In this document: piece by piece, positions 40,062-53,146 of the stretch | Numbering within the stretch: position 1 is the first letter of the stretch | How the letters are laid out: each line of letters begins with the position of its first letter | Assembly: GCF_006345805.1 (NCBI RefSeq) | Contig: NC_043017.1 | Coordinates: 26,288,001-26,352,000 of the forward strand | Origin: Octopus sinensis | Lineage: Eukaryota | Direction of reading: 5' to 3' | Length of the DNA: 64,000 nucleotides | Translations under genes and position numbers: made by a program | Notes under the pieces: model-generated | The model's input: only the letters and a program-made list of their open reading frames with translations | Database searches by the model: none | What the model was told of the DNA's origin: nothing

Positions 40062-40454
40062 GATGGATGGATGAAAGCACTCCGTCGGTAACGACGACGA
40101 GGGTTCCGGTTCATCCGAATCAACAGAACAGCCTGCTCGTGAAATTAACGTGTAAGTGGCTGAGCACTCCACAGACACGCGCACCCTTAACGCAGTTCTC
40201 GGGGATATTCAGCGTGACACAGAGAGTGACAAGGCCGGCCCTTTGAAATACAGGTACAACAGAAACAGGAAGTAAGAGTGAGATAAAGTTGTGGTGAAAG
40301 AGTACAGCAGGGATCCCCACCATCCCCGCCGGAGCCTCGTGGAGCTTTAGGTGTTTTCGCTCAATAAACACTCACAACGCTCGGTCTGGGAATCGAAACC
40401 GCGATCCTATGACCGCGAGTCCGCTGCCGTAACCACTGGGCCATTGCGCCTCCA
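40062..40454 (-). mobile_element. SINE family B nested in an older related SINE
   Basis: Near-consensus copy; flanks 39950-40060 and 40455-40565 are the decayed halves of a 41979-type element. Confidence 0.9.
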
Positions 40455-40699
40455 CAAGAACGCATAAACGTAACGCAGCTCTGAAGGAAATCGAGCATGA
40501 CACAAGACGTCATAAGGCTGGCCCTTTCGAGTAAGAGCACAAGTCATTTTTACCACGAAAGTGGGTTAATTTATCTCTATTAACTCTTTTCGATCATTGA
40601 ACGAGGGCCGCTGTTGGCACCACCCTGAAACGTGTATTCGAACAATACGCCGTTTTTTCACAGACAAAAAATAACAGAGATGACATTTATGCTTAAGAA

Positions 40700-40789
40700 G
40701 GTTGATGATGATGATATGATGATGATGATGACGACGACGAATATGATAGCAATAACAACAGTAAAACTACTACTAATAATAACAATTAC

Positions 40790-40840
<51 letters not shown>

Positions 40841-40852
40841 GTGGTGGTGGTG

Positions 40853-40887
<35 letters not shown>

Positions 40888-40924
40888 GGTGTTAGTAGTA
40901 TTATTATTAGTAGTAGTGGTGGTG

Positions 40925-40973
<49 letters not shown>

Positions 40974-40975
40974 AA
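40700..40975. repeat. Compound (GAT)n/(TAG)n/(TGG)n microsatellite
   Basis: Directly visible. Confidence 0.95.
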
Positions 40976-41095
40976 ATGCGATGTAAAATAATATTTTACA
41001 TGACATGTAACAATTTACGCAATGAGATATTGCTCCCAATTGTGCATCCTGAAAGAGGAACTTAACGTTGATATGCTCCTATTTACTTTCTACAG

Positions 41096-41204
41096 ATTTT
41101 TAGTAGTATCAGAGCTTATCAGAAAATTATACGACTGCAAAACAGCAACAGATGAAGATGGCAAGAGATGGGAAGAATATGTTAAAACTGCTGAGATTAG
41201 ATAA
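41096..41204 (+). CDS. Candidate terminal coding exon, product unknown
   Basis: Acceptor CTATTTACTTTCTACAG, then protein-like FLVVSELIRKLYDCKTATDEDGKRWEEYVKTAEIR*; no homology recognised. Confidence 0.3.
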
Positions 41205-41429
41205 TTAAAACAGTCTCGAATGGAAAGAAAATTTAAAAGCCATCAATATTTTATATCACCCAGATATAAATATATGTAACTGTATCCTACATTTAAGTAG
41301 GCTGACTATTGAATGTTGATTGTATTTAGAATATATTACCTTTAATCTAACGCAAACTAATATTTTGACCAGGTAAAGAGAGAGAGAGAGGGAGAGAGGG
41401 AGAGAGATTTTGCGGCTAAATATTTTTAT

Positions 41430-41801
41430 CTTACTTCATTTTATTTTGTTTCAGTCATTTGACTGCGGCCATGCTGGAGCACAGCCTTTAGTCGAACAAA
41501 TCGACCACAGGAGTTTGTAAGCCTAGTACTAATTCTATCGTTTCTCTTTTGCCGAACCGCTAGCTTACGGCGATATAAACACACCAGCATCGGTTGTCAA
41601 GCGATGTTGGGGGACAAACACATGCACACTAACATATGTATACGACGGGCTTCTTTCAGTTTCCGTCTACCAAATCCACTCACAAGGCATTGGTCGGCCC
41701 GAGGCTATAGCAGAAGACACTTGCCCAAGATGCCACTCAGTGGGAGTTAACCTGGAACCATGTGGTTGGTTAGCAAGCTACTTACCACACAGCCACTCCT
41801 G
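41430..41801 (-). mobile_element. SINE family A with minimal internal microsatellite
   Basis: Family A consensus. Confidence 0.9.
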
Positions 41802-41978
41802 TATAAAGTAAATAGGGGCTTATTAACTAAATGTGGAAATAAGAATAAAGAATCAAGTGTGCGATAATTGAAACGCGTGGTAAAATATGATGGGAAATTT
41901 AAGTTTAACAGCTTTACTACATAAACACAATGTATTGTCTTTAATCTCTTGGTATGACACAGCAGTCGTAATATCAGG

Positions 41979-42302
41979 CGAGGGCGCGTGGCTTAGTGGT
42001 TAGAGCATTCGGCTCATGATCGTAAGGTTGTGTGTTCGATTCCCGGCGACGCGTTGTGTCCTTGAGCAAGACACTTTATTTCACGTTGCTCCAGTCCACT
42101 CAGCTGGCAAAAATGAGTTGTACATGTATTTCAAAGGGCCAGCCTTGTCACCCTCTGTGTCACGCTGATTATCCCCGAGAACTACGTTAAGGGTACACGT
42201 GTCTGTGGAATGCTCAGCCATTTGCACGTTATTTTCACGAACAAGCTGTTCCGTTGATCGTATCAGCTGGGACCCTCGTCGTCGTAACCGGCGGAGTCTT
42301 TT
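41979..42302 (+). mobile_element. CORE-type SINE sharing its 3' half with family B
   Basis: tRNA head, CORE-like GTGTCCTTGAGCAAGACACTTTA..CCACTCAGCTG..AAATGAGT, family B tail; TSD TAATATCAGG at 41969 and 42303. Confidence 0.85.
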
Positions 42303-44187
42303 TAATATCAGGTAACTGTGAAGTGAAACTGTAAAACAGAACGTAGGAGATTGTGCGAACAATATAAAGATTAAACTTAGGCTGGAAATCGATCATGTAA
42401 TATTAAAATAATGGCAAAACTAAGACGTATGTCCTATGAGAAAAAGTGTGCAAAATGTAAGCAAATTGCAGCAATGAATGATATGTACAGGAACCAAAAA
42501 AGCGACGGTATGTGTTTTGGTTTTAAAATTCACTTTGACATTTTGAATTTCCTCTTAATTTTACTATTTTTTGATGCCCGCGACGTTTAGAAGCGTGTGA
42601 GCCTGTAACTGCCGTTAAAGGCAACGAAGTTATATCCAAATGCATTTAAATCATTTTCTTTTTATAGAAGAATGTGTGACTTTTGTACAATAATGCAATT
42701 TAAAATAGTTAGAAGCGATTCCAGATTAAGTTACCGCATCCAATTCAGAAGGGAAAAAATATATTCGACACATTTTCAAGCTGTCCATATCAATGGCAGA
42801 GAAAAAACACATGGCCTTAATGGAAGCGAATTTTCTTACAGCGACAATTACATTCAGTGTTATAAAATGCTGGATTTGACGCGCTACATGCATATTCTGT
42901 ATTGTATATCCTTACAAAATATTTAGCAAAATTGCAGTTGTGGAGTAAAAATGTTGCAATAAATTAAGCCTTAATGAGAGAGGAATGTCAGAAGTCTGTG
43001 GCATGCCATTATCCATATATTGCAAATAATTACCTGAACGGTTATTTTCGAAGACCAGGTATTAATGTAGCCAAATGCTTTAAAATAGGTACATATTAGC
43101 CTAGACGTTGAAAGAGAAATTTAAAACGGCTCAACATATTGAATAAATCGAACGTTCTATAGTAAGAACCATTTGTGTTTGCAGATTTGTGCATGACACT
43201 CAGCGAACTAAATATATTGATTATAGTCATGTTAAAATCGCTGTTTCACCATAGGCTTAATTATTTTATTAACCAGTTGTGAACCATGTTAATTTGCTCA
43301 ACAATGTTTTCTGATTCGCTACAAGTCACTTTGAAATAGTTTTTTCCCGACAGAAATACGCGTCATTATTCTTTGTTAAGAAACTATTCTACGCGCTGGT
43401 AATATGGATCCTCCGTTTTCTTCTTATGAATAACTTTGGCTACGTGTTTAATCCATTATATAAAATCTCTAGTCATATCCGGATTATAAAAATGTCCTTG
43501 ATTAAAGATTATGAACTGGGCGATCTTGAACGCTCTAAGGAATATAACGGTTACAAGGACTGATATGTTTTAAGCATGGCTTGTCGATTGTACAAATCCT
43601 CTTTTTTTCCATATGGGTTCGTAAATATTAGTTGAACACCCATATTTTCAGACGACTATCTTAGATCTCGTATATTTTCTACAAAATTAGTCCCGTAAGA
43701 ATTACACTAATTGCTATATCTTACGAATGCAGAGTACCTTAATTTATAAGTCAAAGTCATTGGAGCACTGCATTTCACTGGTCCTTTGATCTGACGCTTT
43801 ATTGCTCCAGCCCTTCCACTTATCTAGATACAACTAACAATAAAAGACTGTAGAGATCCAACGATTCCAACATTTTCTTCATCAGTTTTCCGTGATATAC
43901 TGTAATTAAAAGTAACGTATTTTGGTACTATATTAAGATTTTGTGATGTGATTTGAGGGATGTCTATAAACATCTCCTGCATTTTCTGTGATCGAGAACA
44001 CGCATCTAGTTTATGATATTAACGATATTGTGTTATGCCCAATCTGAAAATATAATTTTCCAGATATTTAGTAATGACGAAAATATGAAGCAAACAAATG
44101 CACACACAAATGTAACACATCACAAACGCAATAAGGAATATATATATATATATATATATACATATATATAAATATACATATATATAC

Positions 44188-44266
<79 letters not shown>

Positions 44267-45007
44267 TACAAATGTACATATATATATATATATATACGTA
44301 TAATGTACATGATATAGAGAATCTCACAAGCACTATATAAAATTACGTAAAAACAAGTATGCAAATAATTAATTTAACATACGACAAATAACACATCGCT
44401 TTTTGGTTCTGTTTTAAGTAAATACATATTTCTGTGTACATCAACGTTGAAATCGGCACCATAGTAGGCAAAATTATTAAGAAAGAAATAATTATAAGCA
44501 ACTGACAAAAAATATTCTAAACAACAAATATAATATCGACAAGAAATGGAATATTAAAAAAATATAAGCAAACATCAGGAATCATGCTAATAACAACACA
44601 TATACTAAATTAATTATTAGGAATGTTCACTAAAATTTTAAAATATATAGAAAACAACATATCGCATTTTATATAATATTTAATAATTACTAAAATAATC
44701 ACATGCATATGTACATTAATACAAGTAGACATACAAACATACACACACATATATACATATATATACACGTTCACTCACATACATGTGTGAAAACAATGTA
44801 AGAGTGGAAAATAGGGGGAAAAAATCCAATATACGTCAATGAATAAATTACATTTATGCTGTTAGAAATGTGAATTGTGAAGATAGATAAATATCGTTAC
44901 AGAATCTATATTAGAAATATTATTTTCACTCTTTATAACACAGCGTGAGTAAGCTCTACCGGTGGGTGACGCACGGCTTCCTTTTTCTGTATACGTTTAT
45001 ATATATA

Positions 45008-45391
45008 CTAGCAGTATCACCCGGCGTTGCTCGGGTTTGTAAGGGAAATAACTATAAAGCATTTTTAGAGAGTTATAGCCAAAAAATAGCAAAAAAATGG
45101 AAAAAAAAATGATGGTAAATTTTTTTGAGAGTTAAAAAGGTCGAGTTGCGTTCCCTAGACAAGTCTGTGGTTTGTGTTTCTGATTCTCGACCCCATGTGG
45201 AATTTATCGATTTTTTTCAGAACTGGGGAACTTTTCAAAATTTTCGCTGAGTTAGTTTTGAATTATGACATTGAGCTATGTGTGTATCAAGTTTCATCAG
45301 AATCGGTTGAAAGCCGTAGTCAGGGTGAGGGTACAACCTAACAGACACACAGACACACACACAGACAAACTGCTGTTTATATATAGAGAGA
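45008..45391 (-). mobile_element. Non-autonomous Helitron
   Basis: Minus strand 5' TCTCTCTATATATAAA, 3' hairpin ACCCGAGCAACGCCGGGT followed by CTAG, inserted between A and T. Confidence 0.85.
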
Positions 45392-45432
45392 TTTATGTAT
45401 GTATGTATGCTTGCTTGTTCGTTTGTATGTAT

Positions 45433-45599
45433 AGGCGCAGGAGTGGCTTTGTGGTAAGTAGCTTGCTTACCAACCACATGGTTCCGGGTTCATTTCCCAC
45501 TGCGCGGCACCTTGAGCAAGTGTCTTCTACTATAGCCTCCGGCAGAACAAAGCCTTGTGAGGCGATTTGGTAGCCGGAAACTGGAAGAAACCTGTCGTA

Positions 45600-45654
<55 letters not shown>

Positions 45655-45890
45655 TATATATGTGTGTGTGTGTGTATATGTTTGTGTGTCTGTGTTTCTA
45701 CCCCCCCATTGGTTGACAACCGACGGTGGTGTGTTTACGTCCCCATAACATAGCGGTTCAGCGAAAGAGACTGATAGAATAAGTACTAGGCTTACAAGGA
45801 AGAAGTCCTGGGGTCGATTTACTCGACTAAAATGTGGTGCTCCAGCATGGCCGCAGTCAAATGACTGAAACAAGTAAAAGAGTAAAAGAG
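45433..45890 (+). mobile_element. SINE family A
   Basis: Full-length consensus. Confidence 0.9.
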
Positions 45891-46595
45891 TATATATATA
45901 TATAAGTATGTATTTGTTTTTACGTATGTGTGTATATATTCGTGTATGTACATATGTTTATATAAGCATGTATGTTTGTCTGTTCCCTTCTATTTCTAAT
46001 TATTTGAAGTCTGCCTGTAAGGAAGAAGCGAATTTCTGCAAATTATTCAAAGCTCCGTCGTTGAAGTATAGATAACAATGAAGATTTATATTTTGAAGTT
46101 GAAAAGATTTGCGTATTATTACCGTTAGACTACCTGGTTATATTACTAATGGGAGCATTGCCAGCGTAATTTCTTTCTCTGAAAACAATAGCTTTTCCAG
46201 AACATATCATTAGGTGTTTATCCACATGAACATGTGCACCAATTAATATCTTTACAAACATAATTTTATAACCTTGTCCGTGTGTATGCATGGAGGTATC
46301 TATGTATGAATATGCAATTATTTATCGAAATACGCATTCTTTGTAGAAGGACATGCATTGATTTAGAGTAAGAAACAAAACCGCCCTCACAGCAATATGG
46401 AAAAGAGCAACGAACATTCTAAGATACTGCACGCTGAGAATTTATCTGAATCATTTAATGATCTACTTACCTGTCGTCTCTCCGTATTTCTTTTTTTTTT
46501 ATATATTGCCTCTTTCTATGTTTGAAAGTTTTAGATATTTCAGATTCACACCTGGATATTTGCAAACGTAACCAGGTACAAAATTGATTCTCTTG

Positions 46596-46776
46596 CTCTC
46601 TTTTACTCTCTTTTACTTGTTTCAGTCATTTGACTGCGGCCATGCTGGAGCACCGCCTTTAATCGAGCAACTCGACCCTGGGACTTCTTCTTTTGTCTCT
46701 TTTGCCGAACTGCTAAGTGACGGGGACGTAAACACATCAGCATCGGTTGTCAAGCAATGCTAGGGGGACAAACACA
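46596..46776 (-). mobile_element. SINE family A 3' half
   Basis: Shares AATCGAGCAACTCGACCCTGGGACTT with the adjacent copy. Confidence 0.85.
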
Positions 46777-46826
46777 GGAGGTGTGTATGGTTTTCCAAAT
46801 TAGTAGCGTTTTGCAGAGTAGATATT

Positions 46827-47244
46827 TCTTTACTCTTTTACACTTTTACTTCTTTCAGTCATTTGACTGTGGCCATGCTGGAGCACCGCATTTAATCGAG
46901 CAACTCGACCCTGGGACTTATTCTTTTGTAAGTACTTATTTCATCGGTCTCTTTTGCCGAACCGCTAAGTGACGGGGACGTAAACACACCAGCATCGGTT
47001 GTCAAGCAATGCTAGGGGGACAAACACAGACACACAAACATATATACATACAGACATATACATATATATATACATATATACGACAGGCTTCTTTCAGTTT
47101 CCGTCTACCAAATCCATTCACAAGGCATTGGTCGGCCCGGGGCCATAGCAGAAGACACTTGCCCAAGATGCCACGCAGTGGGACTGAACCCGGAGCCATG
47201 TGGTTGGTTAGCAAGCTACTTACCACACAGCCACTCCTGCGCCT
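46827..47244 (-). mobile_element. SINE family A
   Basis: Full-length consensus. Confidence 0.92.
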
Positions 47245-47289
47245 ATTATCAATATAAACTTATTAATATAAACTTATTAATATAAACTT

Positions 47290-48115
47290 ATAACCACGAG
47301 GTTCCAGCGGCAGATTTGGTTGGGGGCGAGTCTAGGGCATTCATTTGTGACATGAACATTGATTATATTGCTGATGCAATACAGCGGAAACACTGGCTCA
47401 TTCCTAGGTTTGACCTTCCTGTTCGTGGCCAAAGCTTGGTCTTGCGCGGCTAGTATAGTGTTCTTAGTCACCTTTTCAGTGTCCATTTCTTCAACCAATC
47501 CCACCTATTTTTTCCATCAAATTCTGTTTTGGCTTCCTGGAATAGATAGTTTAATCCTTCTTGTGTAATTCTTTTTCATGACTTTTTCCCACTTTTTTAT
47601 TTCTTCCTTTTTTCCCAGCTTTCCATACCCCCTCGTTACAAACTGTCACTAGCAAGATTTCCTTACTTTGGGCTGGGTATCTCATTTAGTTCTCGAGTTC
47701 GATACGTATGCAGTCTTCAAGAATCACCAGTTCTCTTCCACCATTTATATTCTTCACGTATAGGTGATCGACATCTGCACGTGGACGATGTGCTCTATGT
47801 ATCTGTAGGAGCTTTCTTGAATTCCTGTCGATGTCCTTTAGCTCCTCCTCTGTCGGCTCAGGATTCCAGGGCCATACCACACTATTGCGACAGCACGTGA
47901 GTTTCCTGCCTAAATCATGTTTCTGGTATCCAACTTAGAAGCCAATATTTCCCTCACCCGTCGCAGATACTTTCTTTTTGTCTTTACCTTCATGTCGTTT
48001 ATTTTTTATTCCATGTGCCTCAACTGTTTCTAGATACCTATAGCCTTCATCATTTCACCATTTCTCAAACCACATGGCTTCTGTACTGACAAGCTTCCCT
48101 CGTTTAATCACCGTT
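47290..48115 (-). mobile_element. R4/Dong-like (RLE) LINE fragment, degenerate
   Basis: LKDIDRNSRKLL..HRPRADVDHLYV..GGRELVILEDC and ILAAQDQALATN..ECPRLA motifs. Confidence 0.8.
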
Positions 48116-48177
48116 ATCATTATAATCATTCATAAAGTTTTTTTGTGATTATATACACATGTTTATATATATATATT

Positions 48178-48214
<37 letters not shown>

Positions 48215-48215
<1 letters not shown>

Positions 48216-48445
48216 TCGCCATGCTGATTCGCTAGCTTCTGCACGCATTTTTTCTCTCTCCTTTTTTTTTCTTTCCTTGTTTCTCTCCGTGTTTCTTTCC
48301 TGTGTATCTTTCTGTTGAAGAGCGTAGGCTCGAAACGTAAAAGACTTGTTTTATTTATATTCCTGAGCGCCATACCAATACAATTGTTTGTTTGTATTCC
48401 ACCTGCCTTAGTCTTTTGTTCATTTTCATAAAGCTTCCCGTTATA
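48215..48445 (+). mobile_element. (TA)n-tailed hammerhead element (CUGUNGA variant)
   Basis: 48307-48344: TCTTT-CTGTTGA-A-GAGC-gtag-GCTC-GAAA-CG-TA-AAAGA. Confidence 0.75.
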
Positions 48446-48477
48446 TATATATATATATATACACATATGGAGAGAGA

Positions 48478-48521
<44 letters not shown>

Positions 48522-48526
<5 letters not shown>

Positions 48527-48720
48527 AACCAAAAACAAAAGACGAAGATAGAAGACAGGTGGTGTTGACAGCAAGCAGATATATTAGTATAACGCTCGGG
48601 AAGCGAAAGAGTCTTTAACATTTCGAGCATATGCTCTTCCGCAGAAAGGAACACGGAAGGAAACAAGAAGGGAAAATAAAGAATGTTTAATGGCTAACGA
48701 TCTATCATGGTGAAGGCCGG
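48522..48720 (-). mobile_element. Same hammerhead family, inverted and diverged copy
   Basis: Minus strand CTTT-CTGCGGA-A-GAGC-atat-GCTC-GAAATGTT-AAAG. Confidence 0.7.
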
Positions 48721-50488
48721 TGTGTTTGTGTATGTGTGTTGTGTGTATATGTGTGCGTGAGTGTGTTTCTTACGAATATAGTAAAGGCTTTCGAGAGGTC
48801 TGGCTACTAGTAATATAGTGTCGGAAATAGATGGGAGACTTCGGGTACTATAAGTATACGCACCTTATACTGGAGCTTGTTATTAAATATATTCAAATTG
48901 TGTAGCATATGAAAAACATATTGGAATACGTACGAAATTGATCACATGTGTATTAATCAGAGGTGTATACATTAAATTGCTTTTATTATGTTAGTTTCTC
49001 GATCATTCGTGCATTGCTGCGCTGCGCTTATACACTCCTAAATGGAGGTTGTATCGGGGCTTCTCTCTGTAAATCACTCTATGCCTAAAATTGAGTAATC
49101 TTCCTTTACAGGCTTCGCTCGTTAGGCTGGAGATGATTCCATTGATCTCCCTAATTATTTTAACAACTGGTACTAGTTTTATACACCCAATAACATTTTC
49201 CCTGTCAGCTAATGGAAATCTCATAAACCGTTGATAAATGGAGCTATTTCTCTCACAAAGCCTTTAATTCTTCTTAGCTTGTTAATGGCCTTTGCGTTAT
49301 CAACGTCCTGATCATAATAAGCAGAATAACTATTATTATCTTACTCACGACCGGCAGCATATTATTCATCGTCATATTTAGAAGACAACGCTTTTTACAA
49401 ATATTAACATTTGTCTCATTGAGAATATATCTGCAAATACCTTTTAAACAATAATTGTCTCATATTGCAGATTAAGTGCAAGAATTAAAGATTTCTGTTT
49501 CAAAGAATTGTTAAAGTAACAGAGATATAATATCCTATACGTTTAAGTCTATATTTCCAATTTTAAAATCCCGCAGCTTTTCCAATTTTTCCTTGAGGCA
49601 TTTAACTACAAAACCTGCGCACTAATAATTTGTTATATGAATGCGAATTCATAATCTTGTATGTACGTACGTTCTTACATACACACACCCGTAAATAATA
49701 CAATTATACATATATACACACTCATTTGTACATACATACCTGCATCTATATATACACACATACATACAAACGTACATGCAAACGTGCATGAAAACATAGA
49801 CAGCATTTGATAAATCTATTTTTATGGAGAGTTGCACTGATGAAAGATATGAAATTATATTTCTGATCTAGAAACATGTTCGCGAATGACCATTAGACTT
49901 TGTTTTCGTTATTTATTCCTTCTGTTTTGCATATGTGAATTACAGGCATACGTCGTATGTGGAGTCCCATTTGTAGAAAATAGAAATAAACAGTCTATGG
50001 CTGCCATTTCTAATTTTTTCGGTATGCGGCCAAGCAAGCTGTTGCCTGCCCCTTTTATTTATATACATATTTACATACATGTAGGTTTATTCATCAGATA
50101 TCCTATTTTCGGGAATGAATGAGTTGAAATCAAACAGATACAGAAGCTCTTGAGCAGCATATGGCAAACCAACATAAAATGTTTTATATATCACGTTGAG
50201 TATGTGCTTCCTTTGTTATGGTCAGCAAAGAAATGATATCACTAAAAATCTGGTTCCTATATATATGTCGGAAAATTTTCTAAATATAAATTTTTCTAAT
50301 TTTATGTATAAATAAATAAAGGCTTATTATATCTCTTTGCATTGTCTAACTTATTATATTTTCTCGGGACCTACCACATTAAATATATTAACTGAAATTA
50401 ATACTATATGTGGTCAAAACCAAATCTACTTGTCTCCCTACATTGTTACACACACACACATATATATATATGTGTGTGTGTGCGTGTG

Positions 50489-50772
50489 TGGAGGCACATG
50501 GCCTAGTGATTAGAGCAGCGGGTTTGAATCTCAGACCGGGCGATGTGTGTGTTTATGAGCGAAACACCAAAGCTCCACGCGGCTCCGGCAGAAGGTAATA
50601 GAGAACTTCTGCTGACTTTTTCGCTACAACTTTCTCTCACTGTTCCCTCCTGCATCTTGCAGATCACCTGCGACGGACCGGCGTCCCATCCAGGTGGGGA
50701 ACATACACGCCAAGGAAACCGGGAAACCGGCCCTATGAGCCAGGCGTGGCTCGAGAAGGACAAACAACCACA
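50489..50772 (+). mobile_element. SINE, family B head with alternative 3' half
   Basis: Homologous to 7898-8222 (CTGCGACGGACCGGCGTCCCATCCAG..GAAACCGGGAAACC). Confidence 0.75.
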
Positions 50773-50776
50773 ACAG

Positions 50777-50961
50777 TCGCCATGATAGATCGTTAGCCAC
50801 TACACACATTTTTTTCTCTCCTTGTTTATTCTGTGTACTTTTCTGTAGAAGAGCGTAGGCTCGAAACACAAACGACTTTTTCTATTCCTGAGCGTTATAC
50901 TAATACATCTGTTTGTTTTGTACACCACCTTTCTTCGTCTATTGTTTTTTTCGTAAACTTT

Positions 50962-50968
<7 letters not shown>
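50777..50968 (+). mobile_element. (TA)n-tailed hammerhead element (CUGUNGA variant, stem III mutated)
   Basis: CTGTAGA-A-GAGC-gtag-GCTC-GAAACAC; colinear with 32645 and 48215. Confidence 0.75.
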
Positions 50969-51013
<45 letters not shown>

Positions 51014-52286
51014 ATTGGTGAATTGAAGAAATGGAAACTTTTGATTAATCTACTACAAGATTATTCATCTTTCTATTTCACATAATATATATATATATAT
51101 ATATATATACACACGTTTTTATATGTGTAGTCAATTCATCTATTTTACAAATACGTTTCATTCTTCCGAATTTGAAAGAGGAAAGTAAGTGTATAGAGGC
51201 AGTTTATGGAACTCGAAACCTAAGAGAAACAAATATAAGCGAATTGCAACATTTTTATGTGTAAGATTGTGTGTATGTGAGTGTTTAATTGTCAATGTAT
51301 TCGACTGATATTGTCTAAGTGATAAATTTCAATGAAATTATGTTCGTCTGCTATACTTTTGAAAATGATATAATTGTACGTGATACTATCTAATATAAAA
51401 TAATTTAAAATGACATTACCGTATTGTCGTCTACCACAGTGTTATATTCGAACAATTGTGTTTGTAACGTTGTCAACACAATTCTTTTATCATACTTCGG
51501 ATTTTTACGTGATCATAACACTCAGATATGTCGCAGTATTGTAATGTTCGTTGTCTTCATTTTCTTCGAAACACACTCTTGTCAGATGTAGTGAATAAGA
51601 TGTGTAAAGTGAGATTATCAATATTATACAATAGATTTTCATCATGTGTCCATGTAAATTTCTTCCTTATAAAAGACTTCGTTTTCATGTTATATTTCTA
51701 ATAGTTCACCTGTGCAATTTTCCCAACCATCGCACAATTGCAAAAACTTATCCGATTGTACCTTAATATAAACTAATTCTCTGAAGTATTTTCTAAAATG
51801 TACTGATAGGCTTATATAGGAAGGAGATTCAAAAGTGTTCCCCCGAATTATTATCGAGGTATAATTAGTTAATTAATACAAGAATTTGTCTTTAATATTT
51901 CAACTTTTACATCAAATGGAAAATCTCGTTAACGTAAAGACTACGCCACCGCGTATCTGATACTTATTGTATAAGGAAGAATAGGTTTAAGAGCAACTGG
52001 AAAAAGAAAAAAGAAGCAGAATTAATGTTAGTCAACTCAACAATCCAATGTACTAACAAACGATGAAGGTTCTGTGAGTTTAGATATGTTAAAAGGAGTA
52101 CCACCCGGTATGTTTTAAGTTAGACTTTAATTCTTTTTAAAGGAAAGTCGGTGTTTTCTGATGTTGTACTAAGTGGCGTTAGAGTTTGAATAATCGGGGC
52201 TTGAATGACTTTGCTCTTGGATTTTCATATTCAGTTCCAACATTGTCTTAAGCTAGACCAATAAAAAATGTGTTGCGTACACTATG

Positions 52287-52324
<38 letters not shown>

Positions 52325-52346
52325 ACACACACACACACACACACAT

Positions 52347-52739
52347 TGAAATGAAGTATTGATTGTCTTATTGAATAGAGGAAAGCAGTCTTCAAAGTCC
52401 CAGTCTTCAAGAAAGTACTCTAGTCCTTTAATATTTGATATTCAGAAATATTAAATTTGTAAATGTCCCAAAGAGACATGAGCGGTGGTGTAGCGCTAGA
52501 GTGGTTGTATACTGTCAACATAACGTGACAGTCTCGTATGTTTCTCCCCTTATATTTGTCCAAATATAAGGACACTGGAAATGTATCAAAGCCGACAGGA
52601 AACGTTCGATGCTTCCTAGGGCTAAACAGCGGTGGTGTAATTCCCATACGGTACTGTCACGTCATGTTGACAGTATACAACCACTCATTTGATATTCAAT
52701 ATTTCATCTATTCAATAAGACAATCAATACTTCATTTCA
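52347..52739. mobile_element. Element with nested inverted repeats (MITE/foldback-like)
   Basis: 33-bp perfect outer IR TGAAATGAAGTATTGATTGTCTTATTGAATAGA; inner ~35-bp IR GAGTGGTTGTATACTGTCAACAT..; hairpin CCTTATATTTG-tc-CAAATATAAGG. Confidence 0.75.
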
Positions 52740-52889
52740 TTTTACTATATATACCATTTATACTATATATTCCATATTCTACATTAATATTATAGAGAAT
52801 ATAAATAAAACATAAAAAGCAGACAGAGTTGGAACTCCTTTGAATAATATATATTCCTCTATACACAATAATACAAACCCCTTCAAAAT

Positions 52890-53089
52890 GTGACTGCGTG
52901 TGTACCGTTGGCGATATTTCTTCCTCCGTCGTCCCTTCTTTGGATCTTCCCTTTTCCTATGTTGGTGACGAAGAGCTCCGCTCGAAACGTTAAACCCTCC
53001 TTCTTTCCTTCCTTACTGAGCGTCCAATAACACTATATTTGTTCCACGTCCTCGGGTTGTGTTTTTTCTTTGTGTTTTCATGTTTTGAT

Positions 53090-53095
<6 letters not shown>
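52890..53095 (+). mobile_element. (TA)n-tailed hammerhead element (GAGC-TCC-GCTC subfamily)
   Basis: GTGACGA-A-GAGC-tcc-GCTC-GAAACGTT-AAAC; ends in (TA)n. Confidence 0.7.

Positions 53096-53146
<51 letters not shown>

Noticed and set aside
46460-46555. Strong minus-strand splice donor CAG-GTAAGT
   Set aside because: The upstream sequence is A-rich with no convincing acceptor or protein-like frame.
47009-47257. Recurring peptide RQASFSFRLPNPLTRHWSAR.. suggesting a gene family
   Set aside because: It is the antisense translation of SINE A; frames are not conserved among copies.
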